In this document: piece after piece, positions 5,311-6,626 of the stretch
Position numbering within the stretch: position 1 is the first letter of the stretch
Layout of the letters: every line of letters starts with the position of its first letter
Origin: an uncultured archaeon
GTDB lineage: Archaea > Iainarchaeota > Iainarchaeia > Iainarchaeales > CSSED10-239
Assembly (NCBI GenBank): GCA_964468895.1
Contig: CAYXWT010000040.1
Coordinates: 1-6,626 of the forward strand
Length of the DNA: 6,626 nt
Direction of reading: 5' to 3'
Notes under the pieces: model-generated
The model's input: the letters and a program-made list of their open reading frames with translations, nothing else
Told to the model about the DNA's origin: nothing
Database searches by the model: none
Translations under genes and position numbers: made by a program

Positions 5311-6626
5311 ATGCAAAGAAACTTGAAAGAATTATTTCAACCCAAATCTGTTGCTATTTTTGGAGCAACTAATAAAAAAGGCAAGATTGGATTTTCATTA
5401 GTTGAAAATTTAAGTAAATATAATGGTAAATTATATTATGTTAATCCACGTTTAAGCTTGGAAAATAAAAAAATATTTTCTAAAAAAGTATATGCTTCAA
5501 TTTTAGATGTACCTATAAGTAAATTAGATTTAGCTATAATTGCAATTCCTTCAAAATATGTTGTTACTATTTTAAATGAACTTGCTAAAAAGAATTGTAA
5601 AAACATTGTGTTAATAAGTTCTGGTTTTAATGAAACTGGAAATAATAAATTAGCAGATGATTTAATAAAAACTATAAATAAAAATAATATGAATTTAATA
5701 GGTCCAAATTGTTTAGGTATATGTAATTTAAAAAATAATTTAAATGCAACTTTTAATTCTAAAAAATTACAATATCCTAAATTTGGAAATGTATCTATTA
5801 TTTCTCAATCTGGAGCTCTTGGTAGTGCAATATTAGATTTAGCTCACTATGAATCATTAGGTGTAAATAAGTTTGTATCTTATGGTAATGCTTTAGATAT
5901 TGATGAATGTGATTTATTAAATTATTTTTATGAAGATAAAAGTACAGATGTTATTTTCTGTTATCTTGAAGGTATTAAAAATGGACGTTTATTTTATAAT
6001 ACTTTAAAAAAAGTTTGTAAAACTAAAAAAGTTTTAATACTTAAAGGTGGACTTTCAGAAAGTGGAAATTCAGCAGCAAAAAGCCACACAGCAGCAATAT
6101 CTACTTCAACTAAAATATTTAAAGCAGCTATCGAACAAGCTGGAGCATATTTAGTTAATGGTATTGAAGAATTATTTTATTTAGGCAAATTGTTTTCAGT
6201 ATATAAAAACCTAAAAATAAATAATATTCAACTAATAACTAATGGTGGTGGTTTTGGAGTTCTTTGTAGTGATCAGTTAGATAAATATAAAATTGATCTT
6301 GTAAGTTTAGATAATAAAACAAAAGAAGAACTTAAAAAGATTTTACCATATTATTCTGCAATTTCTAATCCTTTAGATCTTAGTGGTGATGCAGATACTA
6401 AAAAGTTTATAGATTGTACAAATATTTGTTTAAAATCTAAAAAAATAGACGCAATTGCAATTTTAATATTATTTCAATTACCAGGAATTGATGAAAGTAT
6501 AATTCCTGAATTAATTAAACTTAGAAAAAAATCTACTAAACCTTTATTTATACTTTGTTTTGGTGGTAGTCAAACAAATAAATTTATTGAAGAATTAGAA
6601 CAAAATAATTTTGTTTGTTTTAAAAA
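5311..6626 (+). CDS. acd: ADP-forming acetyl-CoA synthetase (acetate--CoA ligase, ADP-forming), alpha-type region; 3' end runs off the window
   Basis: The first in-frame ATG after a TGA stop (5287..5289) is at 5311. My manual translation is open for 438 codons to the window end, which is probably why the ORF track omits it. N-terminal CoA-binding signature: LFQPKSVAIFGATNKKGKIG. Other motifs: NLIGPNCLG, VSIISQSGALGSA, and a candidate phosphohistidine loop AAKSHTAA (His259 codon at 6085..6087). His259 is close in position to the catalytic His257 alpha that I recall for Pyrococcus ACD. NGGGFGVL follows, starting the next domain. Confidence 0.88.
   Translation, partial: MQRNLKELFQPKSVAIFGATNKKGKIGFSLVENLSKYNGKLYYVNPRLSLENKKIFSKKVYASILDVPISKLDLAIIAIPSKYVVTILNELAKKNCKNIVLISSGFNETGNNKLADDLIKTINKNNMNLIGPNCLGICNLKNNLNATFNSKKLQYPKFGNVSIISQSGALGSAILDLAHYESLGVNKFVSYGNALDIDECDLLNYFYEDKSTDVIFCYLEGIKNGRLFYNTLKKVCKTKKVLILKGGLSESGNSAAKSHTAAISTSTKIFKAAIEQAGAYLVNGIEELFYLGKLFSVYKNLKINNIQLITNGGGFGVLCSDQLDKYKIDLVSLDNKTKEELKKILPYYSAISNPLDLSGDADTKKFIDCTNICLKSKKIDAIAILILFQLPGIDESIIPELIKLRKKSTKPLFILCFGGSQTNKFIEELEQNNFVCFK

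Noticed and set aside
5286-5372. Short upstream ORF (ATGAAATTTAGAAAT..., about 28 codons) overlapping the acd start in another frame
   Set aside because: It is very short with no SD or conservation evidence. In this AT-rich spacer, chance ATGs are frequent.
1-6626. tRNA or rRNA genes, CRISPR arrays, IS elements or long direct/inverted repeats
   Set aside because: There are no GC-rich structured segments, no regularly spaced repeats and no transposase-like ORFs. Every non-coding spacer except 5170..5310 is 50 nt or shorter.

Overview
This is a very AT-rich window, roughly three quarters A+T by eye, with Lys/Asn/Ile-rich proteins. It reads as an archaeal-type energy-metabolism locus, plausibly from a small-genome DPANN-like archaeon. 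The minus strand carries a four-subunit 2-oxoacid (probably pyruvate):ferredoxin oxidoreductase operon in the archaeal order porG-porD-porA-porB. Two tightly coupled lysine-rich orphan genes sit just upstream of it. The plus strand carries a divergent, 3'-truncated ADP-forming acetyl-CoA synthetase. Main finding: positions 1..2031 look empty in the ORF track but form one uninterrupted minus-strand frame that runs off the window edge. That frame is porB interrupted in frame by a 372-aa intein (493..1608) carrying a LAGLIDADG homing endonuclease. The intein sits exactly inside the conserved thiamine-diphosphate-site loop, YMN|TGNQRSSATP. All canonical intein blocks can be read directly: Cys1, TxxH, two LAGLIDADG motifs, block F, and HN followed by Thr+1. 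Removing it conceptually restores a normal ~305-aa PorB. I found no rRNA, tRNA, CRISPR array, IS element or long repeat.
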